Sequence record: SRR20825006_932
Length of the DNA: 64,000 bases
Reading direction: 5' to 3' (one strand)
In this document: piece by piece, positions 28,895 through 38,331 of the stretch
Layout: each line of letters starts with the position of its first letter
Numbering within the stretch: the stretch's first letter is position 1
Made by a program: the position numbers and the translations under genes
Notes under the pieces: generated by a model
The model's input: only the letters and a program-made list of their open reading frames with translations
What the model was told of the DNA's origin: nothing
Databases searched by the model: none

Positions 28895-30229
28895 TTAGGA
28901 TAAGGTAGGTTCTAGCACGTCATTTAGTGCATGTTTCCCAAATTCTGGATATGCATGGGCATCGTGTTCATGAAGGTCGAGTCCCATTTCCTCTAGCTTA
29001 CCATTCACTCTAAGTGGAATAAACATATTGATGGTTTTGAATGCGATAAAGCTCATTGTGAAAGTCCATGCAAAAGCCGCTACGATTCCTATTACCTGAA
29101 CTCCAACAACGCTCCAGCTAAATCCAGCGGAATCGAATAAGCCAGCCGCTAGGGTTCCCCAAGCGCCACAAACACCATGTACAGTGATGGCACCAACAGC
29201 ATCATCAACAAATTTTTCAATAATTTTGTAAGCGAAGTAGGAAATTATTCCAGCAATTGCTCCTGCAAGTAATGCAAATTCAGGAGTTAAGTTTGCGCAA
29301 CCAGCAGTTATACCAACAAGTCCTGCAAGTATCCCGTTTAACGTAAATTCACCATCTGGTTTACCACTTATTATCCAAGTAACAGTCATCGCTGTAGTTG
29401 CACCAGCCGCAGCCGCTAAGAATGTGTTAAGAGCAATTAGGGCAATAGACGAATCTCCTGTTGTTGTTGAGCCTGCATTAAACCCAAACCATCCTAACCA
29501 AAGGATAAAAACACCAAGAGAAGCTAATGGTAAACTGTGCCCTTTAATTGGTTGAGGTTTTCCATTAATGTATTTACCAACTCGGGGACCAACTACAATA
29601 ACTCCAGCAAGGGCCGCCCATCCACCTACCGAATGAACAACTGTAGAGCCTGCAAAATCTATAAAGCCTAAATTTTCTAACCAGCCGCTTCCGTTATATA
29701 AACTTCCCCAAGCCCAAGAGCCAAAAACTGGATAAATAAGGGCGGTAATAATTACAGAGAAAACAATGTATGCAGGAAAGGAAGTCCTTTCAGCAACGGC
29801 ACCAGATACAATAGTAGCTGCGGTGGCCGCAAATACCGCTTGGAAGAAGAAGAATGCGTAAGTCCATTCAACGGGCCAATCTCCAGTATTAGTGAGTAGA
29901 AAACCAGAGGTACCAAACCACCCTGTAGCGGAGGAGCCAAACATCAGACCAAAACCAACTATGAAAAAAACTATGGTGCCTACAGAAACATCCATTACAT
30001 TTTTCATGATGATGTTAACTGCGTTTTTGGCACGGGTAAATCCGGTTTCTACTAAGGCAAAGCCTGCTTGCATAAAAAAGACTAAGCAAGCTGCTATGAT
30101 TGTCCAAACGTAATTAAGGTTTGATTGAACAGTTTCAGCAGTTAATTCGGTAGCATCTTGAGCATGAATACTTTCCACTGAGAATAGAAGTATTACAAAT
30201 GCGATTAAAAATTTATAGTTATGCTTCAT
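28895..30229 (-). CDS. amtB: Ammonium transporter
   Basis: FMQAGFALVETG, IVSGAVAER, DFAGSTVVH, WFGFNAGS, DDAVGAITVHG (twin His). Start trimmed to MKHNY; cleavable signal-like N-terminus. Confidence 0.96.
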   Translation of the reverse strand: MKHNYKFLIAFVILLFSVESIHAQDATELTAETVQSNLNYVWTIIAACLVFFMQAGFALVETGFTRAKNAVNIIMKNVMDVSVGTIVFFIVGFGLMFGSSATGWFGTSGFLLTNTGDWPVEWTYAFFFFQAVFAATAATIVSGAVAERTSFPAYIVFSVIITALIYPVFGSWAWGSLYNGSGWLENLGFIDFAGSTVVHSVGGWAALAGVIVVGPRVGKYINGKPQPIKGHSLPLASLGVFILWLGWFGFNAGSTTTGDSSIALIALNTFLAAAAGATTAMTVTWIISGKPDGEFTLNGILAGLVGITAGCANLTPEFALLAGAIAGIISYFAYKIIEKFVDDAVGAITVHGVCGAWGTLAAGLFDSAGFSWSVVGVQVIGIVAAFAWTFTMSFIAFKTINMFIPLRVNGKLEEMGLDLHEHDAHAYPEFGKHALNDVLEPTLS

Positions 30230-30343
30230 AAATGTATGATTTGTTGTGAGAGAGTGTGAAAAATTCACTAATAATTTAATTAGTCATAAATGAAAAACAA
30301 ATAAAAATAATAAGGTTTAAACAATGTTGTATTTAAATAATTA

Positions 30344-30387
30344 ATTGAAAGCGCTTTTTTACACGATGCTATTTATTGAAAGCGCTT
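30344..30387. promoter_or_regulatory. Two tandem LacI/cre-like operator candidates
   Basis: Exact 13-mer ATTGAAAGCGCTT at 30344-30356 and 30375-30387, with palindromic AAGCGCTT core, in the amtB/purB divergent region. Confidence 0.6.
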
Positions 30388-30518
30388 CGAGAAAAAAACA
30401 CAAATTTCTCTGAAACTCAGGGTTAAGTTTAATTTTGGCTAAAAAGTGTATGATTTCCAGTGATACAATCTCGTATCTTAGAGCACTCACAAATCGGAAT
30501 TGAAAAAAACAACGTAGA

Positions 30519-31811
30519 ATGATTGATCGATACTCGCGAAAGCAAATGTCAGATATTTGGACTGAGCAGAACCAATTTCAAGCATGGCTTGATGTAGAAC
30601 TTGCAGCATGTTGGGCCTGGGCAAAATTGGGAACAATCCCAATGGAAGATGTAGATAAACTGTATGAAAAAGCTTCGTTTGATGTAGATCGTATCAAAGA
30701 AATTGAGGTAGAAACGCGTCACGATGTTGTAGCTTTTACACGCTCGGTTTCAGAATCGTTAGGGGAGGAGAAGAAGTGGATTCATTTTGGTCTGACTTCA
30801 ACCGATGTGGTAGATACTGCTTGGGGAGTTCGCTTAAAGCAAGCCAATAAGCTTATAAGAGAAGATATAGAGCGTATGATTGATGTTCTAGCCAACAAGG
30901 CTAGAGAACACAAATACACGGTAATGATGGGCAGAACACATGGTATTCATGCAGAGCCAACCACATTTGGTCTGAAATGTGCTCTTTGGTATGCTGAAAT
31001 GAAGAGAAATCTCGAACGTTTTGAAAAAGCTGCTGCGGATGTAGAGTTTGGTAAGCTTTCAGGTTCGGTAGGGACATTTGCAAATATCCCGCCAGAAGTA
31101 GAAGATTTTACTTGCGAGAAACTAGGTCTTACCCCTGCGCCAATCTCAACACAAACGTTACAGCGTGACCGACATGCTCATTACATGTCTGTGTTGGCAT
31201 TAATTGGTTCAAGTATGGAAAAGATGGCTGTTGAAGTTCGTCATTTACAACGAAGCGAAGTTCGTGAGGCAGAGGAAGCTTTCAGAAAAGGTCAAAAAGG
31301 TTCATCATCAATGCCGCACAAACGTAATCCGATCAGTTCAGAGAATATTACAGGATGTGCTCGTGTACTTCGTGGATATATGATTACCTCTTTCGAGAAT
31401 ATTCCGTTGTGGCACGAACGTGATATTTCGCATTCATCAGCGGAGCGTATTATTATACCTGATGCAACGATGCTAGTGGATTATATGCTGGCTAGATTTG
31501 CGAACGTTTTGGAGAATTTGGTTGTTTTTGAAGAAAATATGGAAGCCAATATCTGGAAAACTCAAGGGTTGGTATTTTCTCAACGAGTACTTAATAAACT
31601 TATCGAGAAAGGCATTGTACGAGAGCAAGCTTACGACTCCGTTCAACCTTTAGCTATGGAAGCTTGGGAAAACCAGAAGCTCTTTAAACCTTTGGTAGAA
31701 GCGGATGCTTTTATAACAAGTTATCTTTCCCAAGAGGAAATTGACGACGCCTTTGATCTAAAGCACCATAGCCGCAATGTAGATGTTATTTTTAAACGAG
31801 TTGGGCTTTGA
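30519..31811 (+). CDS. purB: Adenylosuccinate lyase (430-aa Bacillus-like type)
   Basis: [46 protein letters not shown]. Confidence 0.97.
   Translation: MIDRYSRKQMSDIWTEQNQFQAWLDVELAACWAWAKLGTIPMEDVDKLYEKASFDVDRIKEIEVETRHDVVAFTRSVSESLGEEKKWIHFGLTSTDVVDTAWGVRLKQANKLIREDIERMIDVLANKAREHKYTVMMGRTHGIHAEPTTFGLKCALWYAEMKRNLERFEKAAADVEFGKLSGSVGTFANIPPEVEDFTCEKLGLTPAPISTQTLQRDRHAHYMSVLALIGSSMEKMAVEVRHLQRSEVREAEEAFRKGQKGSSSMPHKRNPISSENITGCARVLRGYMITSFENIPLWHERDISHSSAERIIIPDATMLVDYMLARFANVLENLVVFEENMEANIWKTQGLVFSQRVLNKLIEKGIVREQAYDSVQPLAMEAWENQKLFKPLVEADAFITSYLSQEEIDDAFDLKHHSRNVDVIFKRVGL
31761..31811 (+). repeat. Direct repeat copy 1: functional purB 3' end
   Basis: AAG CAC CAT AGC CGC AAT GTA GAT GTT ATT TTT AAA CGA GTT GGG CTT TGA. 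Confidence 0.93.
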
Positions 31812-31863
31812 TGTTGTGTTAAATTTTGGTACAATCTGCTAACTACTATTAAAAGGAAAGATT

Positions 31864-33072
31864 ATGCAAGCTCTAGTAAAGCTCATCTACCCTTTGATAT
31901 TTATTTTGATTTTCCAATCATGTAAAAACATTACGAATAGTGAAGAGCCCAAACTAATTAGTGTTTTTGGGACTGTATCATTGACAACAGAAACTGAAAG
32001 TTTTCCTCTATATAGTGTTGTGGTAATAATTTCATATAAAAGTGATACAACTGATAAAGATGGCAACTATCGAATCGAAAATCTTAGTGAGGGAGATTAT
32101 ATTGCTCAAGTTATATATAGTGAATTAGATACCGCAAAGGTTCCAATATCTGTTTCTTCCGAACAAAACAGTATTGAAATTCCTTTAGAGATTTTACCAG
32201 AAAAAAATGGAGAGCATGGTTTTTTTGGAACAATAATTTATGAGAATAAACCCGTAGAGAATGTTGAAATAAAGGTTTATGATATCTTAAATGGGGCTAA
32301 AATATTAGTTAAGACAGGAAAAACGAATTCTGAAGGTACATTTAGTATAAGTGGTTTAAATAAACGCTTAAAAGAGATTCACTTTACCCATGAATACCTA
32401 GAGGAGCATATTATAGAAGGATATATAAAGGATATGGGATATGTTGCTAATGCTGATTGTTTTGATGCGAATTCGAATGAGGCTTGTGTTTCTGATTTTA
32501 AGGAACTAGAAATGAGTAAGAATGATGTAGTAAGCGATTATTTCCCAATAGTAGTTGGCGATACATGGAATTATGAATATAAAATGACATCGAATCGTGC
32601 AAATTCATGGGATGACTATTCTGGAGAAGCTGAGTGGAGTGTAATCAGCGTTAATAATATCGAAGCAAAGAGCATATACTCAATTCAAGAAATTTTTAAT
32701 GGTACATATTCTATAACTGGAGCAGATTGTAAAGGTAATGATACATTTGATACTAAAACTGTTGAGCTTAAAAATGATACATTAGCATTTACTATAGAAA
32801 TTGATGAATTGGGAAGCATATATATCGATTATCCTTTTAGGGAATTAGGTTGTGCAGACTTAGGTTCAGTATACAGTAGTAACTCAAATACTGTGGAGTT
32901 AAATAGGTATTATTCTCCCTTAATTGGAGATAAAGTTGAACTCGAAAAATATGGAAGTACTTTAATTAGCGAAGCATGGCTTACAAAGGATAAAGGCTTA
33001 ACAATGCTATCTGTTTACGAAACGCCTCATAACTCAGGTAGTAGCTTTTATATTAAAATGAAAGAAGATTAA
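31864..33072 (+). CDS. Lipoprotein with carboxypeptidase-regulatory-like beta-sandwich repeats
   Basis: Lipobox FQSC; DTTDKDGNYRIENL and KTNSEGTFSISGL repeats; DYFPIVVGDTWNYEY motif in the C-terminal domain. Confidence 0.75.
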   Translation: MQALVKLIYPLIFILIFQSCKNITNSEEPKLISVFGTVSLTTETESFPLYSVVVIISYKSDTTDKDGNYRIENLSEGDYIAQVIYSELDTAKVPISVSSEQNSIEIPLEILPEKNGEHGFFGTIIYENKPVENVEIKVYDILNGAKILVKTGKTNSEGTFSISGLNKRLKEIHFTHEYLEEHIIEGYIKDMGYVANADCFDANSNEACVSDFKELEMSKNDVVSDYFPIVVGDTWNYEYKMTSNRANSWDDYSGEAEWSVISVNNIEAKSIYSIQEIFNGTYSITGADCKGNDTFDTKTVELKNDTLAFTIEIDELGSIYIDYPFRELGCADLGSVYSSNSNTVELNRYYSPLIGDKVELEKYGSTLISEAWLTKDKGLTMLSVYETPHNSGSSFYIKMKED

Positions 33073-33094
33073 TCGTCTAGGAAATTTTAACTGT

Positions 33095-33145
33095 AAGCAC
33101 CATAGCCGCAACGTAGATGTTATTTTTAAAAGGGTGGGGTTATAG
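33095..33145 (+). repeat. Direct repeat copy 2: orphan purB 3'-end fragment
   Basis: AAG CAC CAT AGC CGC AAC GTA GAT GTT ATT TTT AAA AGG GTG GGG TTA TAG = [16 protein letters not shown]; 43/51 identical to copy 1. Confidence 0.93.
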
Positions 33146-33784
33146 TAAACTTACTTTCAGTCCAATTCCAATATAATTAGGCTCGATGGATGGAGTAAAT
33201 TTAATATTCATATTTACGCCATCTTTATTAGATGAAGCAACACCTAGACCACCATTATAAGTTTGTACAGCGCGCTCAATATGGTTTGTAATTCCGCTTC
33301 CATTAAAGGCTATAACAATGATGCCAACAAAAGTAGTACCAGCGCCGAGTGTTCCAATCCCGTTAAGTTTATACTTATTTTCTACTGCCCCTGTCCTTGC
33401 ATCAACATTTTGGACACCTTTCTTTTCAAGACCAACTATCGTTGCAATAACACCACTTCCTACCATCGCATAACCAAAAACCATTCCCCTTCTTTTTTTA
33501 GCAAACGTATTCATCTCAGCTAAAGCTTGTTCATTATCCTTCACAAGTTGTTTAAGATTTTCTCCGAAGTAACTCACCTTCTGTTCTTTACCAGAAAATC
33601 CTACTCTAAAGGTAAATGATGGCGAATTTTCACCAGTATATCCATAACCTGGTGAGTAATAAGCAGAACTTGAAGATTTTGAGAGTAGTTGAATAGGTTC
33701 TTTTCTTGAGCTTTGTCCTGATTGAGCTAGTGAAAGAGTAGAGAAAAATAAAATCGTTATTGAAATCGTGATAATTATTTTCAT
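33140..33784 (-). CDS. Hypothetical exported/membrane protein
   Basis: Signal peptide, two Gly-rich hydrophobic segments, AVQTYN motif, C-terminal IGIGLKVSL strand. Confidence 0.7.
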   Translation of the reverse strand: MKIIITISITILFFSTLSLAQSGQSSRKEPIQLLSKSSSSAYYSPGYGYTGENSPSFTFRVGFSGKEQKVSYFGENLKQLVKDNEQALAEMNTFAKKRRGMVFGYAMVGSGVIATIVGLEKKGVQNVDARTGAVENKYKLNGIGTLGAGTTFVGIIVIAFNGSGITNHIERAVQTYNGGLGVASSNKDGVNMNIKFTPSIEPNYIGIGLKVSLL

Positions 33785-33900
33785 TGTAAACTATATGCTG
33801 GTTTTGAATAATTTCAAATAATATTGAATTGTAAGCTATTATATTAAGAAAGTATAAAGCTAGAGCTGATTCTTAGACTCTAGATTTCCTTACCTGACTA

Positions 33901-35676
33901 TTAACCGGTAAATTCGATCAATTTTCTTCTGTAGGCAGAGAATAGTTTTGATTTGGAGATAAACCCGATATACTTCCCATCCTCAATTACTGGGAGATTC
34001 CAAGCACCTGTCTTCTGGAATTTTTGAATCACGGTACTCATTTCTTCCTCAATATTTATAATTTCGGGAGGTTTGTTCATTATCTCTGCTACTATAACGA
34101 TATCATATAAAGATTCATCGAACATGAACGTGCGAAAATCGTCGAGGGTAAGCACGCCTACAAGTTTTTTATTGGTATCAACTACAGGGAAGATATTTCT
34201 ATGGCTAGAGGTAACAACTTGAATGAGTTTTCTAAGCGTCATATTTGGATGAACGATTTTGAAATCATCCTCAACTACTTTTCTAGTGTCTAGAAGAGTT
34301 AGTACTGCGTGATCTTTGTTATGAGTAAGTAAATCGCCTTTATTTGCTAGTTGGTGTGTATATATGGAGTAAGGCATGAAGTGCTTGGTAATAGTGTAAG
34401 AAATAGCCGATACAATCATAAGGGGTAGAAACAATTCATAACCACCAGTAATTTCAGCAATCATAAAAATTGCAGTTAAAGGAGCGTAAAGGATCCCTGC
34501 CATTAAGCCAGCCATTCCAACTAAAGCAAAATTTGAAGTGGAAATTTCAACAACATTAAAACTGTTTACGAATCTAGAAAACAAGTATCCAAAAACGGAG
34601 CCTAAGAATAAAGCAGGAGCGAAAATGCCACCAACCCCTCCTGCATTAAGGGTTAAAGCGGATGCAAAGGCTTTAAAAAGTACAATCGCCACAAAAAGAA
34701 GAAGAATTGCATATTCAGTTGTTAGGTAATCTTTGAATATGCTTTTTTCTGTTATCGAAGAGATATCGTCATTTAAAAGAGTATTTATAATATCATATCC
34801 TTCACCATAAAGGGACGGGAGGATGAAAATTAATAGCCCTAATATCCCACCGCCAACAAGAACTTTATTAAACCAATGGTCGAATTTTTCAAATTTACCC
34901 TCTATGAATAAATACACTTTATTGAAATAAATGGAGGCATAAGCACAACCAATTCCTAAAAGTACATAGAAGGGGATGTCACTTAATTGAAGTGGTATCT
35001 CATGAGAATATTGCAACATGTAATCGTTCCCCTGCATTAATAGTGAGGTGAGAACACCTGCCGCAGAAGAGAGTAAAAGAGGGATAAGTGATTTGAGTGT
35101 TAGATCCAGGCTAAAGATCTCTATTGTAAAAATGATAGCAGCAATAGGAGCATTGAAAATGGATGCCATTGCACCTGCTGATGCGCAGCCCATCAACAGA
35201 ATTCTGGATTTATAGTTAATGTGCATCAATCGTCCAAGATTAGAGCCAATTGCAGAACCAGTGCTTATAGTAGGTCCTTCAAGACCAACAGAACCACCAA
35301 AACCAACGGTGAATATACTTGTTACTATAGAGGCGTAAATCTTGTTAGGTGATAAATAACCACCTTTTCTTGAAATTGCATAGAGTGCTGAAGGAATTCC
35401 TTCACCCACTTTACCCTTCATCATAAACTTGATAAGAACTGTAATTAGAATCCCAATAATTGGGAAAACGAAATAATAAGGGTTGTATAATTTGGTAAGA
35501 TAACCTGAACTAACTAACTGCTGTATGAAGTGTGTTGAGCTTTTTAGGAATACGGCAACAAGCCCTGTTACAAAACCAACTAAAACGCTTAGTATTAAAA
35601 TAAACTGCTCTTGAGAAATATGACGAGCGCGCCATATTAAAAATCGAGTTAGAAGAGTTCGATTCTTAATCTGCAT
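33901..35676 (-). CDS. CLC family chloride channel/transporter with CBS domains
   Basis: GLEGP, FNAPIAA, GGIFAP, AEITGGY, C-terminal CBS pair. Confidence 0.93.
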   Translation of the reverse strand: MQIKNRTLLTRFLIWRARHISQEQFILILSVLVGFVTGLVAVFLKSSTHFIQQLVSSGYLTKLYNPYYFVFPIIGILITVLIKFMMKGKVGEGIPSALYAISRKGGYLSPNKIYASIVTSIFTVGFGGSVGLEGPTISTGSAIGSNLGRLMHINYKSRILLMGCASAGAMASIFNAPIAAIIFTIEIFSLDLTLKSLIPLLLSSAAGVLTSLLMQGNDYMLQYSHEIPLQLSDIPFYVLLGIGCAYASIYFNKVYLFIEGKFEKFDHWFNKVLVGGGILGLLIFILPSLYGEGYDIINTLLNDDISSITEKSIFKDYLTTEYAILLLFVAIVLFKAFASALTLNAGGVGGIFAPALFLGSVFGYLFSRFVNSFNVVEISTSNFALVGMAGLMAGILYAPLTAIFMIAEITGGYELFLPLMIVSAISYTITKHFMPYSIYTHQLANKGDLLTHNKDHAVLTLLDTRKVVEDDFKIVHPNMTLRKLIQVVTSSHRNIFPVVDTNKKLVGVLTLDDFRTFMFDESLYDIVIVAEIMNKPPEIINIEEEMSTVIQKFQKTGAWNLPVIEDGKYIGFISKSKLFSAYRRKLIEFTG

Positions 35677-35775
35677 TGAGTTTGTGTGTCAAAACGTGAA
35701 AATAGAAATTATAAATTATAAGCCCGTAATATATCGAGATAAAACTACATCAGAAAGAGATATATAAGCCTATAT

Positions 35776-37257
35776 TTAGGGAGGGTTTAAAAGGTCTTTA
35801 CGTTTTACTTTTCCCAATTCAGTTTTAGGAATTTTAGATACTATATGTAACTCCTTAGGTAGTTTGAAATCGGCTAATTCACCGCGTAATTGATCCCGGA
35901 TTTCCGAAAGTTTTGGTGCATTCCCATTTGTTAATGTTATGAACGCAGTAACTTTTTGACCCCACTCGTCATCTGGTAGCCCAACTACAACTACTTCTTT
36001 AATAGAATCAATTTTTTGAATGGCTTGTTCAACCTCAGTTGGATTAACATTCTCTCCTCCTGTAATAATGAGATCTTCTCTCCTTGACTCAATAAACAAT
36101 TGTCCAAAACCGTTTAGATGACCAAAGTCACCAGTGTTGAACCAACCTTTTTTATCAAATCTATTATCGTTGTGCTCTTTATCATAATAACCATCAAATA
36201 CTTGAGGGCCTTTTAGCCAAATAGCACCGGATTCATTTTTCCCCAATACTTTCATACGTTCGTCTCTAACTTGTAAGATATTTGGGGGGAATGGTTTTCC
36301 AACACTTTGTAGTGGAGTGTAAATTCCAGATGGTGTTGCCATGGAGTTTGTAACTATTTGTGCGCAAGTTTCAGTCATACCATAGCTAGAAACTATAGGA
36401 ATTCCTCGTTCTACTGATTTTTTAAGAAGCTCTTTAGTTGTTGGTCCGCCTCCTAAAAGTATTGCTTTAAACTGTCTATGAGTTTTAAAAAGAGGATCGT
36501 TAAGTAAGCGCTTGAGCATAGTCGGAACTAAGGAAGCTGCTTGGAATTTCAAATTCTCACTCAGAAATTCTTTTACCATTTCTTCTTTGAAATGCTCCAT
36601 TCTATAAATGGCCGAGCCATAAATGACAGACCTTAGAATTATTGATATTCCTCCCACATGGTTTAGTGGAAGGCAGAGAAGCCAAAAATGGTTGGTAGCT
36701 GGCTTAAAATTTTTAGAAGAAGCTTTTGCTGCAGAAAGTATTTGCCGACGTTTTAGAGGGACAATTTTTGGATTACCACTCGTACCAGAAGTAAAAAAAT
36801 ATCCTAGAATGTCCGATTCTTTAAACTCTAGAGTTTTGTTCAAATCTAAATCTCGAATGTCAAAAGTAAATGCATTAAGGAAGAAATTTTCATCCATATG
36901 AACTACGTCATCTCCACTAACTCTAGAACGATTTTGAGTATCGCAGAAGATTAATGCGGGGTTTAGCTTTGCAATGGCAGTTTCGAGCTCGGCCTGAGAG
37001 ATTTTTGGGCTTAAAGGGATAATTGGAATGCCAAGTTTCCAGCAAGCCGCAATAGCAAAAATTAACATATCAGATGATTCGGAAAGAAAGGCAACTGGCC
37101 ATTTAAGCGAGTCGCCTTTAACGCTTATCAAATTCTCTATGTAAGCAGTAAAACGTGTAAGGTCTTTATAGGTGTAAAGACCCTGCTCAGAAGCTAGAAA
37201 AATCTTCTCAGGTGTATTTTTCTTAAACTCAAAAGTGTGTAAGCGAGATTTAAACAC
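35776..37257 (-). CDS. menE: o-succinylbenzoate--CoA ligase
   Basis: FTSGTSGNPK, LPLNHVGG, SYGMTET, ITGGENV; next to menC and menA; GTG start. Confidence 0.9.
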   Translation of the reverse strand: MFKSRLHTFEFKKNTPEKIFLASEQGLYTYKDLTRFTAYIENLISVKGDSLKWPVAFLSESSDMLIFAIAACWKLGIPIIPLSPKISQAELETAIAKLNPALIFCDTQNRSRVSGDDVVHMDENFFLNAFTFDIRDLDLNKTLEFKESDILGYFFTSGTSGNPKIVPLKRRQILSAAKASSKNFKPATNHFWLLCLPLNHVGGISIILRSVIYGSAIYRMEHFKEEMVKEFLSENLKFQAASLVPTMLKRLLNDPLFKTHRQFKAILLGGGPTTKELLKKSVERGIPIVSSYGMTETCAQIVTNSMATPSGIYTPLQSVGKPFPPNILQVRDERMKVLGKNESGAIWLKGPQVFDGYYDKEHNDNRFDKKGWFNTGDFGHLNGFGQLFIESRREDLIITGGENVNPTEVEQAIQKIDSIKEVVVVGLPDDEWGQKVTAFITLTNGNAPKLSEIRDQLRGELADFKLPKELHIVSKIPKTELGKVKRKDLLNPP

Positions 37258-37260
37258 GGT

Positions 37261-38331
37261 TTAAACAATCTCCGTAAAATTATTATAATCAATAGCAATT
37301 CCAAGCCCAGGTGAATCTTTCAAAATATAATGACCATCAATAACCTCATTCTTAGAAGAAAAATTATCATCAAATAAAGAAGATGTTGATAACCCATGAG
37401 CATACTTTTTGGATCCCCAGATAGAGGCCAGAATTGCTGTTGTAGTCCTTCCTATTTTATTCTCAAGCGACGTAGTAAATACAATATCAGTATTATGAGA
37501 ATCGGCTAGCTTTTTTGTTACGCTCAAATCCGTAAAGCTTCCAAACATCATGGGTTTTATTATTAGGATATCTACTGCGTTGAGTTCTAATAATTGTTGG
37601 GCATCAACTTTGTTTCTACAAGCTTCGTCTGCTGCAATCTTAATTTCTGTACACTTTCGAACCGAAGCTAAACCCAACATATTTTCCTTTCTAATAGGCT
37701 GCTCACAATACTCAATATCATAGTTACTAAATTTATTCAAAGCGTGGATTGCTTCCTTTTCTGTCCATGCTTGATTGGCGTCTAACCGTATTCTTATAGT
37801 AGGAAATGAATGCCTTAAGTACTCAAGTATTTCGAGCTCATTAGGGAGTTTACTACCAACTTTTAGCTTTAGTGTAGTGAAACCTTGGGAAACTAGTTGT
37901 TGTGCATTTTCAATTGTTTGCTCAATGGTTGAAATACCAAGAACTGCATTACAAGGAACGGTGGTTATTTGAGCTCCACCAAGAAACTGTCCCATACTCT
38001 GGTGAGCTTGTTTGGCTCTGTAATCTAGTAGTAAAGTATTCAAACCAAAAATGAGAGAAGGGATAGCGTGAATCTGATTGAGTATATGTAATATTTGATT
38101 ACCATCGCCTTGAATTAAAGCGCTTTGAATAGACTTCTTATTAAGTTCTAGAATTGGAAGAATTTGAATGAGGTCAAACTCCGAAAATCCAGGTAGTGGC
38201 GCTATTTCTCCAAAAGCTGTAATATTTTCATGTTCAAATACCAGAATGATCCCCTCTCTTTGGACAAGCGTTTCTGAACTTGTTTTGAAAGGAATCTTAA
38301 AAGGTAATTGATATTTGAAATATCTGAGCAT
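37261..38331 (-). CDS. menC: o-succinylbenzoate synthase
   Basis: GEIAPLPGFS, KLKVG, RLDANQAW, EQP, ADE, IKP. Confidence 0.9.
   Translation of the reverse strand: MLRYFKYQLPFKIPFKTSSETLVQREGIILVFEHENITAFGEIAPLPGFSEFDLIQILPILELNKKSIQSALIQGDGNQILHILNQIHAIPSLIFGLNTLLLDYRAKQAHQSMGQFLGGAQITTVPCNAVLGISTIEQTIENAQQLVSQGFTTLKLKVGSKLPNELEILEYLRHSFPTIRIRLDANQAWTEKEAIHALNKFSNYDIEYCEQPIRKENMLGLASVRKCTEIKIAADEACRNKVDAQQLLELNAVDILIIKPMMFGSFTDLSVTKKLADSHNTDIVFTTSLENKIGRTTTAILASIWGSKKYAHGLSTSSLFDDNFSSKNEVIDGHYILKDSPGLGIAIDYNNFTEIV

Noticed and set aside
30230-30268. Longer amtB start
   Set aside because: The ATG at 30229 gives a normal signal-like N-terminus; the extension is uninformative.
31812-33094. Prophage, IS or integron explanation for the purB islet
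   Set aside because: No integrase, transposase, terminal inverted repeats or attC-like structure is visible.
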